Positions 38,741 to 49,427 are shown, counted from the stretch's first letter. The stretch: DNA of 64,000 nt from Gemmatimonadota bacterium (GCA_020344015.1 CP070812.1:2385002-2449001); one strand, 5' to 3'. Numbers and translations are program-made. The notes: generated by a model from the letters alone, not told the origin.

Positions 38741-39927
38741 CCTTCTAGAAAGGCCGGGATGCTCACTTCAGACGCCGACGGGTGCACGAGTACGCCGTCT
38801 CCCGTGGGCAGACTGATGATGGCGGGCGCGTCCTTCACAATTCTGTGGAAGCCCTTCCCCTCCAGGATGCGGTGCACGAAGATCCGCCTCACCAACACCA
38901 TCGCGCTGGCCAGCACCGGAACCGCTACCAGCAGGCCCACGACGCCCAACAGCTTGGCCATAACCAGAACCGACAGGATCGTGAGCACCGGCGGCAACTC
39001 GACCTGCTTCTCGAACACCATCGGCGCGACGACATTGGCCTCGAAAATGTGGACAACCACGCCCAGCAGGATCACCAGCAGCGCCTTGGTGAGACCACCC
39101 GTGCCGATCACGAACAAGGCCGGCAATATCGTCGAGACGATGGTCCCGAAGAACGGGACGATTACTGCAATCCCAGTGAAAACACCGAAGGCGAGGGAAT
39201 AGGGAACGTCGAGCAGCACGAGGCCGACCCAGGTCAGCGAGCCCAGTACCACCATCGAGATCCCCAATCCCACCAACCAAGACCTGATCGTGTGACCCAG
39301 ATCGGCGAGAATGTCACGCGCCAGCTCGCGGTAGGCAGGCGGCGTGATGGCGATGAGCCCTTCACGGTAGACCGACGGCTTCACCGCCATGTAGATGCCC
39401 ATGATCAGCACGGACACCAGGTGAATAGCGACACCGATCCCGGAAAAGATGTACGGCACGACGTCGCCGAAGAAGGCCCTGGCCTCCTCGAACACCCGCT
39501 CGCCGATATCACCACCGCCCTCTGCGCCCCCGCCTAGAGGGCCTAGCAGTCGGCCCAGCAGACTGTCCTCCTCTTGAGCCAGCTGTGTGAGCTGTTCCTG
39601 GACTTCGTCCAACCGGCCCGGCAGCTCGCCGAGCAGGGCCTGGAACTGATTGACGACCGGAGGTACGATCAGCAGTCCTACGAGCCCGATCAAAAGGAGC
39701 GTACCGAGCAGAGCGAGGACGACACCGAACCCGCGAGCTACGGCGAAACGCCCAGTGACTAGATCGGTGAACGCACCGAGGTAGACAGCGAACAGCGCGG
39801 CGACGAAGAGAAGTAAGAGTAGATCGGCGACGCTGTTGACGAAGAGGAGGAGGAGGACGACGAAGACAGTCGTCGCCAGTACGCCGTAGGCTTGACGGGG
39901 GCTGAAACCGGAATTCGAATCAGCCAG
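38737..39927 (-). CDS. AI-2E family transporter (probable CTG start)
   Basis: Frame stays open upstream of the track's TTG 39693 and encodes further TM helices; IVPFFG, EANVVAPMV, GVVGLLVAVP motifs. Confidence 0.88.
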   Translation of the reverse strand: MADSNSGFSPRQAYGVLATTVFVVLLLLFVNSVADLLLLLFVAALFAVYLGAFTDLVTGRFAVARGFGVVLALLGTLLLIGLVGLLIVPPVVNQFQALLGELPGRLDEVQEQLTQLAQEEDSLLGRLLGPLGGGAEGGGDIGERVFEEARAFFGDVVPYIFSGIGVAIHLVSVLIMGIYMAVKPSVYREGLIAITPPAYRELARDILADLGHTIRSWLVGLGISMVVLGSLTWVGLVLLDVPYSLAFGVFTGIAVIVPFFGTIVSTILPALFVIGTGGLTKALLVILLGVVVHIFEANVVAPMVFEKQVELPPVLTILSVLVMAKLLGVVGLLVAVPVLASAMVLVRRIFVHRILEGKGFHRIVKDAPAIISLPTGDGVLVHPSASEVSIPAFLEG

Positions 39928-40690
39928 TTTGTTCCTCCTCGGGCTCGGGCTCTTCCTCGATGATCTCCGCTTCGCGGACGTCGCCCTCCGAGTGGACTTC
40001 TTCTGCCGCCGCCGGTAGCAGGCCCATCTCTTCCTTTAGAGCCTCGAGCTGGCGTTCCACGTCGATGTCGCCGCCCTCGAGGCGCTTGAACTGCCGCTCC
40101 AGGTCGTCCCCACCCAACTCCTCATCCACCTCCGCAGCAGCCAACGCCCGCACCTCAACCTCCTCGATGCGCTCGGCCATCCGGTCGAAAGCCTCGAACG
40201 AGCTACGATCGGCGAGCCCGGTCAGGGTCTCGTGAATGCGCTTTTGCGCCGCAGCGCGCTTCTGACGAGCGATCAGAAGGTTACGCTTGCGCTTCGCCTC
40301 CTCTATCTTGCTGCTCAACTGGCGCAGCGTGTCCTTCAATTTTTCCGTCTCGGAAGCGTGGCCTCGCCACTGCTCCTCCAGCGTGCCGGCATGCTCACCG
40401 TGCTCTTTGCTGCGCAGCAGGGCCTGCCGCGCCAAGTCGTCTCTCCCCTCGCGCAGTGCCAGCTTCGCTCGCCGTTCCCAATCTGCGGTCTGGTCCCGCT
40501 CGTCCTGCACCTGGCGCCGCAGTTTTCGCTCGTCGGCGATGGCGACAGCGACCTCCTGCTTCGCCTGCGCCAGTTGCGAACGCATATCGTCGATGATCTG
40601 GTTGAGCATCTTCTCGGGGTTCTCGGCCCGAGCGATCAGGTCGTTCAAGTTCGACCGGACCATCGTGGACAGTCTGCTCCAGATACTCAT
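39920..40690 (-). CDS. pspA: PspA/IM30 family protein
   Basis: MSIWSRL...AENPEKMLNQII...WERRAKLAL...DDLARQAL...FDRMAERI. Confidence 0.95.
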   Translation of the reverse strand: MSIWSRLSTMVRSNLNDLIARAENPEKMLNQIIDDMRSQLAQAKQEVAVAIADERKLRRQVQDERDQTADWERRAKLALREGRDDLARQALLRSKEHGEHAGTLEEQWRGHASETEKLKDTLRQLSSKIEEAKRKRNLLIARQKRAAAQKRIHETLTGLADRSSFEAFDRMAERIEEVEVRALAAAEVDEELGGDDLERQFKRLEGGDIDVERQLEALKEEMGLLPAAAEEVHSEGDVREAEIIEEEPEPEEEQTG

Positions 40691-40700
40691 AGCTCTCTCT

Positions 40701-41090
40701 CTATGGCTTTCTGTAACGCAGCAACGTCTCGTAGTGTCCCCGCAAAGCCAGCATGATGCTCTCCAGCGAAGCCTGGAGCTCGCTGAAGTCGAGGTCTGCC
40801 AGTTGCAGCGTGTCGGTCATCACGATCTCGTTCTCATCCAGGCCGTAGGCACCGTGCACCATGTCGGTTGCGTTCAGTTCGAGCAGCTCGCGGAAAAGTC
40901 CGTTCCGCAACTCCTCGTCCTCCGGTGCATCCATAACCTCGACGCGCACCAGGAGCAGCGGCGGCATGTAGTTCAGAAATACCGGCGCCGATTCTTTGGC
41001 GTCTCGGATGACCCAAAGACCCTCCTCGATCTCCTGGAACGGCAGCTCCAACCGGAGTAGGTAGCCTTCTACATCCTCGCGCGTGACCAT
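40701..41090 (-). CDS. YbjN/CesT (type III chaperone-like) domain protein
   Basis: LFRELLELNATDMVHGAYGL; small acidic protein upstream of pspA. Confidence 0.8.
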   Translation of the reverse strand: MVTREDVEGYLLRLELPFQEIEEGLWVIRDAKESAPVFLNYMPPLLLVRVEVMDAPEDEELRNGLFRELLELNATDMVHGAYGLDENEIVMTDTLQLADLDFSELQASLESIMLALRGHYETLLRYRKP

Positions 41091-41109
41091 TCCCGGCCTC
41101 CGCCTAGGT

Positions 41110-41409
41110 TCACTTGTCAGAGTCCTCGGCCTCGCCCGGACCCAGTTTCATCTGTTCGGGCTCCGCCAGCAGCCTTGTCAGAAAAGCCTGCTCCTCGACC
41201 ACTCGCTCCAGCTGATCGCGGAGCCCATCCACATCACGCCTCAGACTGTCCAGCTCGCCCTGCGAGACCGCTCCCTTAGGCGCCCTCGGTGGCACCAGGT
41301 TCCGCACCGCTTCACCTAGTGCCTTGCCTAGCGGCGAATCGACCAGCACGATCTTCGCCAGCATAGCCGCTAAGAGCAGCGCCGCGAGGTATACCAAGGG
41401 CATCATCAC
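41110..41409 (-). CDS. Small membrane protein with coiled coil (PspB-like)
   Basis: N-terminal TM, SPLGKALG, ELDSLRRDVDGLRDQLERVVEEQAFLTRLL. Confidence 0.7.
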   Translation of the reverse strand: MMMPLVYLAALLLAAMLAKIVLVDSPLGKALGEAVRNLVPPRAPKGAVSQGELDSLRRDVDGLRDQLERVVEEQAFLTRLLAEPEQMKLGPGEAEDSDK

Positions 41410-41520
41410 AGACTACGACCCCAGCGACCCGAGGGTTTCCGCCTCTTAGGCAGTCTCGAGCCCACGAGGCGTCGTCCTGCCATTATGGGAATATTAGGCT
41501 GCTGCGGCTGATTGGCCAGG

Positions 41521-42033
41521 TCAGGAAGCCTTCTCGCGGCGGGTGCTCTGCAACATCAGCGAGAGCTGCGCATGAAGGGCCTCGCCTTTGTCCTTCGCCT
41601 GGCCCCATTTCTTGCGCTCGGCCAGCGACCGGACCTCTTGTAGCCCCTCCTCCACTATCTCCATCGTCCCAGCGCCCACCTGCTGCGCCACCTCGTCGTC
41701 GTGCTCGACAGCCTTGCGAAGCTCGGCCAGCATACGCTCCGACTCCGAAAGCCGCTTCTCCACCCGCGAGCGCAGCTCTTTCGTCGTTGGCTCCGGCTTG
41801 ACCACCGGCTCAGGCACCACCGGCTCCGCTACAACAGCCGCCTCCGATTCCGCACCACGCGCCAAGACTTGGGCGCGGAGCTCCGGGATCTCCGCCGTCT
41901 CCTCCTCCTCAGCCGGCTCCCCGCCTTCTACCGGCGCTTCCGGCGCCACCCTCCCCTTACGCCCGCGGCTCAACAAGACGACGGCGAACAGAACCACCGC
42001 CACCACGACCACGATGATCCAGCCTACGCCCAA
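41521..42033 (-). CDS. Hypothetical membrane-anchored helical protein
   Basis: SD GAGGAGG, TTG start, single N-terminal TM, acidic linker, helical C-terminus. Confidence 0.75.
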   Translation of the reverse strand: MGVGWIIVVVVAVVLFAVVLLSRGRKGRVAPEAPVEGGEPAEEEETAEIPELRAQVLARGAESEAAVVAEPVVPEPVVKPEPTTKELRSRVEKRLSESERMLAELRKAVEHDDEVAQQVGAGTMEIVEEGLQEVRSLAERKKWGQAKDKGEALHAQLSLMLQSTRREKAS

Positions 42034-42066
42034 GATCCCTCCTCAGAGATCATAGGGATTGCGGTA

Positions 42067-42264
42067 TCAGAAGGGGAGTCGGTCCGTGAAGAACAGGACC
42101 AAATAGGCCATCCCCCATAGGATCAGGAAGGTATAGGCGCCAAATAGCCACGCCTTCGAGCCCCTCCGCTTGGCTTCTATCGCTGCCACTGTGCCGACCT
42201 GGTGGGCTAGGCCAGAGTCGGCGTTTTCACCCGTTGTCTTGTTAATTGGCTTACCTTGATGCAT
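42067..42264 (-). CDS. Small single-TM protein (resembles the CcoP/FixP N-terminal segment)
   Basis: KAWLFGAYTFLILWGMAYLVLFF; start uncertain (ATG 42264 or GTG 42270). Confidence 0.55.
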   Translation of the reverse strand: MHQGKPINKTTGENADSGLAHQVGTVAAIEAKRRGSKAWLFGAYTFLILWGMAYLVLFFTDRLPF

Positions 42265-42416
42265 GTTCACGTTTTTTTGTCCGGTGATCCAGGTACCACC
42301 CCACCACCTCACGACAGTCCAGCCCCACGCCGGCAGTTCCCTCACCCCAGCGGTTAAAGACCTCGAATGTCCGAAGCTGAAAGGGACCCTAACCTATGGG
42401 CCCTTCCCGGCGCGTG

Positions 42417-42737
42417 TCAAGAGACCGTGGGACCCTCGTCTTCGCCACCTTCTATAGCAGCGGCCCGAGCGGCGAGCTTCAGGGCCAAGCCCTTGTAGGC
42501 CATGATTGTGCGCGCATATCCGACCCGCTCCCAGGTCGTGACGAGGATATAGGCCACGGCGAAGAAGAGGAGGAACTCCCATGATCCGATAAGCGGGGCC
42601 GTAACGACGAGGGCGGCGGCGAGCAGCAGGCCGCTGACCACGACGAGGCGGACTCTTCGCCGGGTAATCTCGAGGTCGGAGCAGCGTTCCAGAAGCGTTC
42701 TCTCCGCCACAGTGAGCCTCGAACTCGTCTGTTCCAT
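42417..42737 (-). CDS. Hypothetical membrane protein (two TM)
   Basis: Two hydrophobic segments; same strand as neighbours. Confidence 0.65.
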   Translation of the reverse strand: MEQTSSRLTVAERTLLERCSDLEITRRRVRLVVVSGLLLAAALVVTAPLIGSWEFLLFFAVAYILVTTWERVGYARTIMAYKGLALKLAARAAAIEGGEDEGPTVS

Positions 42738-42902
42738 TCTGGGTCTCTTTCGTTGCAGCGCTACTCGAGCGCCGGCTTGGCCTCTTCAGAGCCCGGTTCC
42801 AGCAGCGCCGAGCTCAGTGCCTCCGGTACCTCGCTCACTTCGTCCCTACCGACGGCACGGCCCCTACATCACAGGGTCTTGCTTTAGGCATGGCGCCCCC
42901 TA

Positions 42903-43421
42903 TCACGAGGCTGAGCGGATTCTGCGGGTGAGCGCCGGCTCGATCCCCAGCAACCGTTCGTACAGCACGAGTTGGCCGCGGTGGTACATCTCCTGAGCGA
43001 TCCCATGCTGCAGCCAGGCCAACCGAGTGCCCTGCTCGCCGTCGAAGCGTGTGATCAACTGCAGCATGTGCAGCTCGCCTACATCCAGAAACCGCTGCTC
43101 CGCCTCGCCGATCGTGGTCCGCAGCCGATCCAGAAGCTCCGCCTTGCTGGTAGCCGCCTTCACCGGAGCGGCGTAGAGATCGAGCAACTCCGGCCAGGGG
43201 GCGCGGTGAAAGTCGGTGTCGGTACGGGTCAGTTCACCCGTCATCATCAGAGCCACCTCGAGGATGTGCTGGACCAGCTCCGTCACGCTCATCACCTCCG
43301 CCACTGGCCGGAAGTCAAAGCGATCATCAGGGATGTTCTCGACTTCTTCGATCAGCCCCTGTCGTACGTCGTGCCAGCCCTCGAGCGTCTCCTCGAGCAA
43401 GGATTTGTATGACGTCATCAC
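42903..43421 (-). CDS. DinB family protein
   Basis: IPDDRFDFRP...SVTELVQHI...HGIAQEMYHRGQL. Confidence 0.9.
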   Translation of the reverse strand: MMTSYKSLLEETLEGWHDVRQGLIEEVENIPDDRFDFRPVAEVMSVTELVQHILEVALMMTGELTRTDTDFHRAPWPELLDLYAAPVKAATSKAELLDRLRTTIGEAEQRFLDVGELHMLQLITRFDGEQGTRLAWLQHGIAQEMYHRGQLVLYERLLGIEPALTRRIRSAS

Positions 43422-43436
43422 AATAGTGCACCCCGC

Positions 43437-43853
43437 CTAATCTGTGGTCACAAGAGGGCCGGCAGTGGCTGCTACCTGCCCACAGGCCAAACCGAGACCG
43501 ATTGTGACGGTCGGGATGATGAGGTACGTGAGCCCTATATCCGCCATGTACTCCCCAAAGCCCATACCGATCGGACCCGTGAGCATCAGTGGGAGATCGA
43601 TTACCACGCTGATGGCATACCACAGAGCACCCAGGGACACCCCCTCCTTCAAGTGATTCGTGCTCACGCGGCGGAAGTAGAGCAGCGCGAAGGTAACCGT
43701 CGCGACCGTGACGACGACGGGCATGATCGACTCGAACAGCGGTCGGGCGAACTCACGGAGCGGGAAGATTAGAAGAGCTGTGACGAAAGGGATCAGCCAG
43801 ACCAGGACACCGAAGATTACCGCTTTGCCTCTTGCAGCCATGACTCCCTCCAC
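43437..43853 (-). CDS. Hypothetical four-TM membrane protein
   Basis: VWLIPF...LFESIM...IDLPL...YMADIGLTYL. Confidence 0.75.
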   Translation of the reverse strand: MEGVMAARGKAVIFGVLVWLIPFVTALLIFPLREFARPLFESIMPVVVTVATVTFALLYFRRVSTNHLKEGVSLGALWYAISVVIDLPLMLTGPIGMGFGEYMADIGLTYLIIPTVTIGLGLACGQVAATAGPLVTTD

Positions 43854-43921
43854 CGTTTGTCGTCGCTAGCTCGGAGAAGATGGTCTCGCTTTGATCGTCG
43901 CCACACCTCAGGCCTGACCAC

Positions 43922-44728
43922 CTACCTCACTTCGAAGGTAAGCGTGGCCCAATTGGACTCGTAGTCTACGCCTTCCTCTTCGGTCTCAGTCATGTGGATG
44001 AATTTCACGTACCACTTACCAGCTCGCTCAAGTGTGAACCGCACGACACCCTCCTCGTCGGTCCTCGCCTCACGTTCCTCGATCGCCTGGCCCTCCTGCT
44101 CACCCCCCGCGACTACCAATTGGTTGGCCGCGGGCTCGCCGCTTACCAGGCACCGAACGGCGAATTCCTGACCTACGCCAAGTCGGTATGGGTTTGCCAG
44201 CGGCACGACTTCCGCCGGGTATCCCAACGCACGAGACCAGCCACTCGTCCGTGTGCCCCCGACCTGGTACACCGCCTTCACGTGCTTGGAGTAACGTTCG
44301 ACTGCATCTTCGCCCAGCTTACCCGTCGCCCGACGTGCCTCTAGGATGTCAGGAATGCCGTCGTGCTCCAGATACTCGTTGAAAGACTCCGCATCGAGCT
44401 CGATCAGCCGCGAGGCGGTCGAGATTCCCAGCACGTATGTGCCCGGTGGCCCTGTTTGCAAAGTTACGTAGGTCGTATCCGTTGCAGCATTCCAGGCTTC
44501 AGGCTCGAGCGGCGATACTCCGTCCGGACCCAGCAGTGAAATGTCGACCACGCGGTCCGCCGTGATTGAGTTCTCGCTAAGCGCGAACGTTCCGTTCAAT
44601 ATCAGGACCCGGACTTCCGAGTCTGGCTCGAGGAAGTATGTATCGAGCTTGATGAACAGCTCGTGCGCATAAAGCGTCGACACTACGACAACAAGCGCCA
44701 ACGTCGAAGATACTGCCCTTTTCTTCAT
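43922..44728 (-). CDS. DUF4198 (NikM-like, putative Ni/Co-uptake-associated) periplasmic protein
   Basis: Signal peptide then AHELFI; FNEYLEHDG, ERYSKHVK, EVVPLANPY, RTDEEG, YESNWATLTF. Confidence 0.85.
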   Translation of the reverse strand: MKKRAVSSTLALVVVVSTLYAHELFIKLDTYFLEPDSEVRVLILNGTFALSENSITADRVVDISLLGPDGVSPLEPEAWNAATDTTYVTLQTGPPGTYVLGISTASRLIELDAESFNEYLEHDGIPDILEARRATGKLGEDAVERYSKHVKAVYQVGGTRTSGWSRALGYPAEVVPLANPYRLGVGQEFAVRCLVSGEPAANQLVVAGGEQEGQAIEEREARTDEEGVVRFTLERAGKWYVKFIHMTETEEEGVDYESNWATLTFEVR

Positions 44729-44782
44729 GCTCTCACCATTCCTGTTCTAGCAACGACCGTGCAACAGACTTCCCCACAACCA

Positions 44783-44974
44783 CTACGGCCCGAGAAAACG
44801 CTCGACGAGCTGCCTGACCCCGGCGTGGTATCTCGACCAGGCACCCCACACCGAGCTGGCCCACTCACGCACGATTTCCGCGCGCTCGGCGCTCGACTCG
44901 GCGCATGCTACATCGCGGACCGGCAAATCTAGCCTGCATCCCGGACAGCTACTGTGCTGCGCCCCTGACATCAA
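44783..44974 (-). pseudogene. Internally deleted DUF5946-like remnant
   Basis: N-terminal SCPGC joined directly to C-terminal VREWASSVWGAWSRYH in only 63 aa. Confidence 0.55.
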
Positions 44975-45684
44975 CCCTGCTGCCCACCGCCCGTCGCAGG
45001 CGGCTCCTTCACGACGTTGGCCGGCTCCAGCTTCGCCAGGCTACCCAGATTCGCGACTATGCGGCGAAGCAGCATCAACAGCATTACGGCTATGCCGATT
45101 AGGGTGAGGAAGTCGAGTGTGCCGAAGGGCACGTTGCCAAGCTCGAGCACCGGTTCGAAACCCAGAGCCAAGGCGCTACCGGCTAGGATGAGGATCACGC
45201 GAACCTCGGTAGGCCCGATGTACTCGTAGCCGAACTGGAATGAGCCCATCACGAACGTCTCGAGATAGACGTTTATCGACATCAGGTAGTAGGCGATCAG
45301 CATCATCAACGCCACGGACAGCAGCAAGTAGGGTGAGAAACCTAGCCCCAGACAAACGAAGGCGACGGAAAACATATCGACGGTATGGTCCAGGTAATAG
45401 CCGTAGCGCGGCCGCTCGATACGACGGACCCGTGCCAATGTTCCGTCCAAGCTGTCGCCGACCCAGTTCACCAGCCAAAGGAAGTTGGCGGCCCAGAGCA
45501 AGTTCGGACTACGGCCGGACAAGGCGTAGCATACGCCTATCGCGGCCGCCGAGACGGCACCGAGTGCGGTCATGTGATCGGGTACCACCCACTTCGGCAA
45601 CGCTGCCGCCATGCGCGGGAGAACATATGCCTCGAAGGAGCGGAATATGTACTTCGGTTCGCGGCGATGTTCAGCTTCCGACAT
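44971..45684 (-). CDS. CDP-alcohol phosphatidyltransferase family protein
   Basis: [17 protein letters not shown]...[16 protein letters not shown]. Confidence 0.93.
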   Translation of the reverse strand: MSEAEHRREPKYIFRSFEAYVLPRMAAALPKWVVPDHMTALGAVSAAAIGVCYALSGRSPNLLWAANFLWLVNWVGDSLDGTLARVRRIERPRYGYYLDHTVDMFSVAFVCLGLGFSPYLLLSVALMMLIAYYLMSINVYLETFVMGSFQFGYEYIGPTEVRVILILAGSALALGFEPVLELGNVPFGTLDFLTLIGIAVMLLMLLRRIVANLGSLAKLEPANVVKEPPATGGGQQG

Positions 45685-48502
45685 GTTCGGCCTCCCGTCG
45701 CTTCTTTCGCTTGCGATCGAGTAGCGGCCTCAGGTACTGGCCCGTGAAGCTCCCCTTAACGCGCGCCACCTCTTCCGGCGTACCCGCCGCCACGACCTCT
45801 CCGCCCTCATCGCCGCCCTCCGGTCCCAGATCGACCACCCAGTCCGCTGTCTTGATGACGTCGAGCTGATGCTCGATGACGACCACGGTGTTTCCGTGGT
45901 CGACTAGCCGGTGCAACACATCGAGCAACATGCGGATGTCCTCGAAGTGCAGGCCGGTGGTCGGCTCATCCAGTATGTAGAGCGTCCGGCCGGTTTGCAC
46001 CTTGGAGAGTTCGGTGGCAAGTTTGACGCGCTGAGCTTCGCCACCGGAGAGGGTGGTAGAGCTTTGACCCAGCGTCAGATAACCCAAGCCGACGTCGCGC
46101 AGGGTCTGCAGCTTGCGGCGCACCGTGGGTATCGGCTCAAAGAACTCGAGCGCTTCGTCCACTGTCATCGCCAGGACATCGGCGACGTTCTTGCCTTTAT
46201 AGAAGACCTCGAGCGTCTCGCGATTGTAGCGTCGACCGCGACATACCTCGCACGGCACGTAGACGTCGGGCAGGAAATGCATTTCGATCTTCACCAGGCC
46301 GTCACCCTGGCATGCCTCGCAGCGGCCGCCCTTCACATTGAAGCTGAAACGGCCCGGCTCGTAGCCGCGCATCCGTGACTCGGGTAGCTGGGCAAACAGT
46401 TGGCGGATCGGTGTGAAGACGCCGGCGTAGGTCGCGGGATTGGATCGAGGCGTTCTGCCGATCGGCGACTGATCGACGTCGATGACCTTGTCGATGTACT
46501 CCAATCCCTCGAAGCCGCCGTGGTCGCCAGGGATGAGTCGTGAGCGATAGAGTCTACGCGCCAGTTCACGGTAGAGGATCTCTTCGACGAGCGTCGACTT
46601 TCCCGAGCCCGACACGCCCGTCACGCAGATGAAGCAACCGATCGGGAACCCTACGTCGATGTTCTTGAGGTTGTACTGGCGTGCGCCGCGCACGATTAGC
46701 TGCTCGCCGGATCCTGGCCTTCGCTTCTTGGGCACTTCTATCTTGTGTTCGCCGCGCAGGTATGCACCGGTCAACGAGTCCTGGCACGTCAATACATCTT
46801 CGAGCGTTCCCTGCACTACCACCTCTCCGCCGCTGCGACCGGCGCCGGGCCCCAAATCGACTACGTGGTCGGCACGTCGAATCGTTGCCTCGTCGTGCTC
46901 TACAACGATGACCGTATTGCCGAGATCGCGGAGCGACTCGAGGGTATCCAACAGTTTCCCGTTATCGCGCTGGTGGAGGCCGATCGAGGGCTCGTCGAGG
47001 ATATAGAGCACGCCCACCAGCCTGGAGCCGATCTGTGTCGCCAGCCGTATGCGCTGGGCCTCCCCGCCCGACAGGCTCTCCGCACTGCGGCCCAGCGTCA
47101 GATAACTGACCCCCACATCGTGAAGGAACTGAAGTCGCTCGAGGATTTGCTTGAGGATCGGTCCGGCGACCGGGTCATCGGAGTATGAGCGCCTGGCGGC
47201 GAAGAACTCCCACACGCGGCCCGCCGTCATACCGACGATCTCACCAATCGACACGCCATCGAACGTGACCGCCAGCGCTTCGCCACGAAGCCGGGCGCCG
47301 CCGCAGTCGGAACAGACGGCGTCAGACATGAACTCCGATAACCGGGCCCGAAGCCGGTCGCTGGTCGTCTCGTGGTAACGGCGCTCGAGGCGAGCCAACG
47401 CACCCTCCCACTCGAGGTGTTCCAACCCGAACAGGACCTCATTCCGCATCGCCTCCGGCAGATCGGACCAAGGCGTGTTCGATCCAACACCGTGCCTGCG
47501 TGCCAGAGGTCCGATCACACGCTTGCGCAGGTACCCGACCGGCGAGCCCCAGGGAATGAGGACACCCTCGAGCAACGAGAGCCTCGAGTCGGCGAGCATC
47601 AGATCGGGGTTCGCCACCTTCCGCACGCCGAGGCCACCGCAAGCCGGGCAGGCGCCGTACGGCGAGTTGAACGAAAATTGGCGCGGCTCGAGCTCGGGGA
47701 GGTTTATGCCACAGTCGGGACATGCGTAGCGCTCGCTGAACAGCTGGCTCTCGGACTCGCCGCCATCGGCATAGCGATCGATCTGCACTACACCGTCGGC
47801 ACTACGCAGCGCGATCTCGATCGAGTCGGTCAACCGGCCTCTATCACCGGCCCGCACGCTCAGCCGGTCGACGACAATCGCGATGTCGTGGTTCACCCGG
47901 CGGTTCAGCTTCGGCGGGTCGTTCAGATCGTAGGTGTCGCCGTCGACGCGGACGCGCACGAAACCGTCCTTGCGTGCCCGCTCGAATAGATCCCTGAACT
48001 CGCCCTTCCTACCCCTGACGAGTGGGGCGAGCACCTCGATCCGAGTCTTCTCCGGCCATTCCAGGACTGCATCCGCCACCTGCTCCGGCGTCTGACGGCG
48101 GACCGGTTTCGAGCAGGAGGGGCAATGAGGCGTTCCGCACCGCGCCCACAACAATCGCAGGTAGTCGTAGATCTCGGTGATCGTACCGACCGTGGAGCGG
48201 GGATTCCGACCTGCCGTCTTCTGCTCGATAGAGATGGCCGGCGAAAGGCCCTCGATCGAGTCGACATCCGGCTTCTCCATGAGCCCCAGGAACTGACGGG
48301 CGTAGGCGGACAGCGACTCGACATATCGACGCTGGCCCTCCGCGTAGATCGTATCGAACGCGAGACTCGACTTCCCGGACCCCGAGAGCCCGGTGATAAC
48401 CGTGAGCTCGTTTCGGGGGACCCGGACGTCGATGTTCCTGAGGTTATGCTCTCGCGCGCCGCGGACGACCAGGAACTCGCCGTGCATCAGGGCTTTACCC
48501 AC
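45671..48502 (-). CDS. uvrA: Excinuclease ABC subunit A
   Basis: [16 protein letters not shown], two LSGGEAQR motifs, Zn fingers; start may be ATG 48487. Confidence 0.98.
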   Translation of the reverse strand: MGKALMHGEFLVVRGAREHNLRNIDVRVPRNELTVITGLSGSGKSSLAFDTIYAEGQRRYVESLSAYARQFLGLMEKPDVDSIEGLSPAISIEQKTAGRNPRSTVGTITEIYDYLRLLWARCGTPHCPSCSKPVRRQTPEQVADAVLEWPEKTRIEVLAPLVRGRKGEFRDLFERARKDGFVRVRVDGDTYDLNDPPKLNRRVNHDIAIVVDRLSVRAGDRGRLTDSIEIALRSADGVVQIDRYADGGESESQLFSERYACPDCGINLPELEPRQFSFNSPYGACPACGGLGVRKVANPDLMLADSRLSLLEGVLIPWGSPVGYLRKRVIGPLARRHGVGSNTPWSDLPEAMRNEVLFGLEHLEWEGALARLERRYHETTSDRLRARLSEFMSDAVCSDCGGARLRGEALAVTFDGVSIGEIVGMTAGRVWEFFAARRSYSDDPVAGPILKQILERLQFLHDVGVSYLTLGRSAESLSGGEAQRIRLATQIGSRLVGVLYILDEPSIGLHQRDNGKLLDTLESLRDLGNTVIVVEHDEATIRRADHVVDLGPGAGRSGGEVVVQGTLEDVLTCQDSLTGAYLRGEHKIEVPKKRRPGSGEQLIVRGARQYNLKNIDVGFPIGCFICVTGVSGSGKSTLVEEILYRELARRLYRSRLIPGDHGGFEGLEYIDKVIDVDQSPIGRTPRSNPATYAGVFTPIRQLFAQLPESRMRGYEPGRFSFNVKGGRCEACQGDGLVKIEMHFLPDVYVPCEVCRGRRYNRETLEVFYKGKNVADVLAMTVDEALEFFEPIPTVRRKLQTLRDVGLGYLTLGQSSTTLSGGEAQRVKLATELSKVQTGRTLYILDEPTTGLHFEDIRMLLDVLHRLVDHGNTVVVIEHQLDVIKTADWVVDLGPEGGDEGGEVVAAGTPEEVARVKGSFTGQYLRPLLDRKRKKRREAEHVGS

Positions 48503-48508
48503 ACCTCT

Positions 48509-49420
48509 CTAGTCGATAGGAACGAGGACTTTCAGTGCTCGGGGGCGGATGCTTGCTGCGAACGGCGTCGTCCTCTCCAGCCGCTCGCCATCGATCTGTA
48601 CGGGCAGTGGGGGATCCGCTTCGACGAGAACCTCACGTCCCCGGAAGTAGCGCAGCCGCGGATTCCGCCCGAAGCGCCGCGCGATGATCGACCACATCGC
48701 CGACAGGAAATCGCGGGTCGTCGTGACCGCCAACACGCAGACGTCGAGCAAACCGTCGTCAGGCCGTCCGTCCGGGACGAGATCGACGGGCCGCCTCAGC
48801 ATCGGTGCAGTCAGGCCCGGCATGTTGGCTACCTCGACTCCGATGCCGTCGATAACGTGTTGCTCGCCGTCGACGGTGATACGCAGGGTCGACGGGCGCG
48901 GCGCAAAGGCGGCCGCCGTCGCCGCATGTATGTAGGCCAGGTAGCCGAATCGCTTCTTGATCTCCGACCGCGGGCGCACGACCTCGGCGTCGAACCCCGC
49001 ACCGGCGATGGTCGTGAACGGTTGCCCATCCATCATCCCCACGTCGATCTGCCGCACGTTCCCTGCCAGCGCGACGTCGAGCGCAGCTCCCACGCTACTT
49101 GGGACGCCGAGGTTCGCTGCCAGCTGGTTGCCCGTGCCGACCGGCAGTAGCGCCAAGGCGGGATCGCGGTCCACAAGTGCCGACACCGCCTCGAGCACTG
49201 TGCCGTCACCACCGGCAACGAGCACGCGACAGTAACCGCTGGCGAGCGCCGCCATGGCGAGCTGGCGAGCGTGACCTGGCGCTTCGGTGCGGGCGTACTC
49301 ATAGGGTACCTGGCGCTGGGCGAGCGCGGTCTCGACCCGGCGCTGCAGGCGCTCGGCCTCTGTCGGCCCCGCCGCCGGGTTGTGGATCACAAAGAGACCG
49401 CCCGTCGCGGATCCGCCCAT
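48509..49420 (-). CDS. Diacylglycerol/lipid kinase family protein (YegS/DagK-like)
   Basis: HNPAAG, AGGDGT, LPVGTGN, GAGFDA, DDGLLD, QIDGE. Confidence 0.93.
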   Translation of the reverse strand: MGGSATGGLFVIHNPAAGPTEAERLQRRVETALAQRQVPYEYARTEAPGHARQLAMAALASGYCRVLVAGGDGTVLEAVSALVDRDPALALLPVGTGNQLAANLGVPSSVGAALDVALAGNVRQIDVGMMDGQPFTTIAGAGFDAEVVRPRSEIKKRFGYLAYIHAATAAAFAPRPSTLRITVDGEQHVIDGIGVEVANMPGLTAPMLRRPVDLVPDGRPDDGLLDVCVLAVTTTRDFLSAMWSIIARRFGRNPRLRYFRGREVLVEADPPLPVQIDGERLERTTPFAASIRPRALKVLVPID

Positions 49421-49427
49421 CGGTTCT

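Noticed and set aside
41521-44974. Integron cassette array
   Set aside because: Only isolated GTTAGGG and ATTAGGC motifs; no paired RYYYAAC/GTTRRRY attC structures and no integrase.
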